A stretch of 64,000 bases of DNA from Clostridiales bacterium (GTDB lineage Bacteria; Bacillota; Clostridia; Peptostreptococcales; Anaerovoracaceae), in the NCBI GenBank assembly GCA_015258265.1, contig JABZIP010000005.1, positions 11,521-75,520 of the forward strand, read 5' to 3'. Made by a program: the position numbers and the translations under genes. Under the pieces are notes generated by a model that saw only the letters and a program-made list of their open reading frames with translations, made no database searches and was not told the DNA's origin. Shown piece after piece: positions 62,385 through 64,000 of this stretch. Each line of letters begins with the position of its first letter. The first letter of the stretch is position 1.

Positions 62385-64000
62385 TTACTCTTCGTCTTTT
62401 CTTCTACCAATAATCATTACCGCTCCCGCAGCTGTCAGCAAAAGACCAAACGCAAAATAAACTTTAAAGCCGTATCCTCCTGTTTTAGGCAAGATAGCCG
62501 CTAGCGGCACATCTTCGTCAATCAAGACATATTCCATAGTTCCGTCAGGTTTCATATGCTTTACATAATTTCCAAGAGGTACTCCATTTTCATCTATTAC
62601 GGTTATCTCGTTTGGACTAGTCGAATCGTTAGGATTCGGAATACTGTTTCTCGAAACCGACGGCCTTGAAGGCGTAGATGGTGTACTTGGCGTACTTGGC
62701 GTAGGCGTTGTATTTGGAGTTACAGTATCAGGATTTGTAGTATTAGGTTTATCGGCTTCAGGAGTAGTATTATTCGGTTTATCATTTCCTGCCGTATTCC
62801 CCGGTGTTTTAGGCTCTGAACTTGCAGTGAGTGTAATTGTAAAGCCCTTTTCCTGATTGCCGCTTACCTCAACTTTGTAACCTTCCAAAGATGCTTTTAC
62901 AATATATTTGTTCTCTTCTCCATAGCTATCCACCTTAGGTAAAGTTTCTTTGATTTTCCAAAGTCCCGCTTTAGTCAATTCCAGATCTTTTAGCTTTACT
63001 TCCTTATATTTAGGTATCAACTCACCGTCATCGTTATACTCTTCATTTTCTCTATCTCTTACAACTTGTATCAATGTTGCGTTTATCTTTTCCGGCTGCT
63101 TATCTGCTGCCAAATCGGAATTGTCGGCATTTTTCCATACTGCATTGACATTTGCATCTATCATTTGTCTTTTGTATACAAATGTAACTTCAGTCTTTTT
63201 GTAGCCGACATCGTACCCGTTGTAATACTCACCATTATACGAAACCTCTTTTACCAGTTCAGTATTTTTAGGATCCAGAGTGATTTTGTATGTATTATCC
63301 GTAGCTGCAAGGTTCTCAGGTGTAGATACTTTAACAAAATCATATCCTGAAACAGTAGGCGGTGTGAATGTTACCCTATCTGCCAGCTTTAGTTTTGCGA
63401 CCTCAAACCACTTCGAAACCTCTCCGTTATAATGTCTTGGAGCAAAATAATCTCCGTTCTTTTCACCGCTCGGTGTGTTTCTTGTCCATGTTCCTCTTAC
63501 GATACTATCGTTCAAATAATCGCCGTCCGGTAAAGCGCTTCCTTGTTCATCCACAAATTTGAATTCAAGAAATACAGGGTTAAATGTGTGCGCAGTTGCT
63601 TCACTATCGTCTACTGCATTGTCCGTAACATAATTTCCGTCTTTGTCTACCCTGTACAAAGCCACCTTTTGTACACCATACTCCGGATACCAGCCTGTAT
63701 TATCTAAGAAAGTATCCTGATTATACATCCATAGAAGATACTCAGCTTTTCCATAAAGGTATCGTTTTTTGTTCGGATCGTATATATGAAACTTTGTTAT
63801 CTGCGACGGAAAATTCAAACTTTTCAATAATCCGCCTGCAAATGTTCGGTTAGCCAAATTATCTAAACTTGCATCGAAATTTTTATAATCAAAGTTCACA
63901 TTTTTTAGAGCGGACCTACATACGGAATTGGTTACAGCAAAAACATGGCTGTTATCTTCTTTGAACATTGCATCTTCTCTGGTGTTATTCTTTACATTGA
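62385..64000 (-). CDS. LPXTG-anchored surface adhesin-like protein, C-terminal part (gene runs off the window end)
   Basis: C-terminal LPKTGG sorting signal, hydrophobic segment and RRKDEE tail. TPTPSTPSTPSTPS linker and Ig-like repeat domains upstream. Confidence 0.8.
   Translation of the reverse strand, partial: NVKNNTREDAMFKEDNSHVFAVTNSVCRSALKNVNFDYKNFDASLDNLANRTFAGGLLKSLNFPSQITKFHIYDPNKKRYLYGKAEYLLWMYNQDTFLDNTGWYPEYGVQKVALYRVDKDGNYVTDNAVDDSEATAHTFNPVFLEFKFVDEQGSALPDGDYLNDSIVRGTWTRNTPSGEKNGDYFAPRHYNGEVSKWFEVAKLKLADRVTFTPPTVSGYDFVKVSTPENLAATDNTYKITLDPKNTELVKEVSYNGEYYNGYDVGYKKTEVTFVYKRQMIDANVNAVWKNADNSDLAADKQPEKINATLIQVVRDRENEEYNDDGELIPKYKEVKLKDLELTKAGLWKIKETLPKVDSYGEENKYIVKASLEGYKVEVSGNQEKGFTITLTASSEPKTPGNTAGNDKPNNTTPEADKPNTTNPDTVTPNTTPTPSTPSTPSTPSRPSVSRNSIPNPNDSTSPNEITVIDENGVPLGNYVKHMKPDGTMEYVLIDEDVPLAAILPKTGGYGFKVYFAFGLLLTAAGAVMIIGRRKDEE

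Overview
Low-GC Firmicutes/Clostridia-type chromosomal window; almost all genes are on the minus strand. Three blocks: a housekeeping block, an accessory block, and a second housekeeping block.

The first housekeeping block (1-11.3 kb) carries hemL/hemB, folD/fhs, argR-recN, aroK, an ispH-S1 fusion, rarA, and an extracytoplasmic ApbE-type FAD:protein FMN transferase lipoprotein.

The accessory block (11.4-28.7 kb) contains:
- a Gram-positive Tad/Flp pilus locus (cpaF-tadB-tadC-flp-tadE-like x2 plus accessory genes), whose prepilin peptidase sits about 17 kb away;
- a desulfoferrodoxin-type superoxide reductase;
- a tight minus-strand set that looks like an extracytoplasmic flavin-based electron-transfer module. 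It comprises a ferric-reductase-like heme-b membrane protein, an FMN-binding lipoprotein and two tandem paralogous giant S-layer-homology (SLH) proteins with several flavinylatable FMN-binding domains each. One paralog is split by a frameshift.

The two SLH genes share a near-identical promoter plus SLH module, consistent with a recent duplication or gene conversion. They are separated by a YhcG/DUF1016 PD-(D/E)XK nuclease cassette flanked by about 54-bp direct repeats that are themselves bidirectional terminators.

The rest of the window is housekeeping: ogg, ferredoxin, rex, an orphan addB-like gene, rlmB-folA-thyA-mrnC-cysS, an M23/LysM peptidase, murI, a GGDEF cyclase, a TrxR-like/TrxA pair, a complete acpP-accBCDA-fabH-fabK-fabK-fabD-fabG-fabF-fabZ-marR fatty-acid cluster, PFOR, and a truncated LPXTG adhesin.

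No rRNA, tRNA or CRISPR array was seen.
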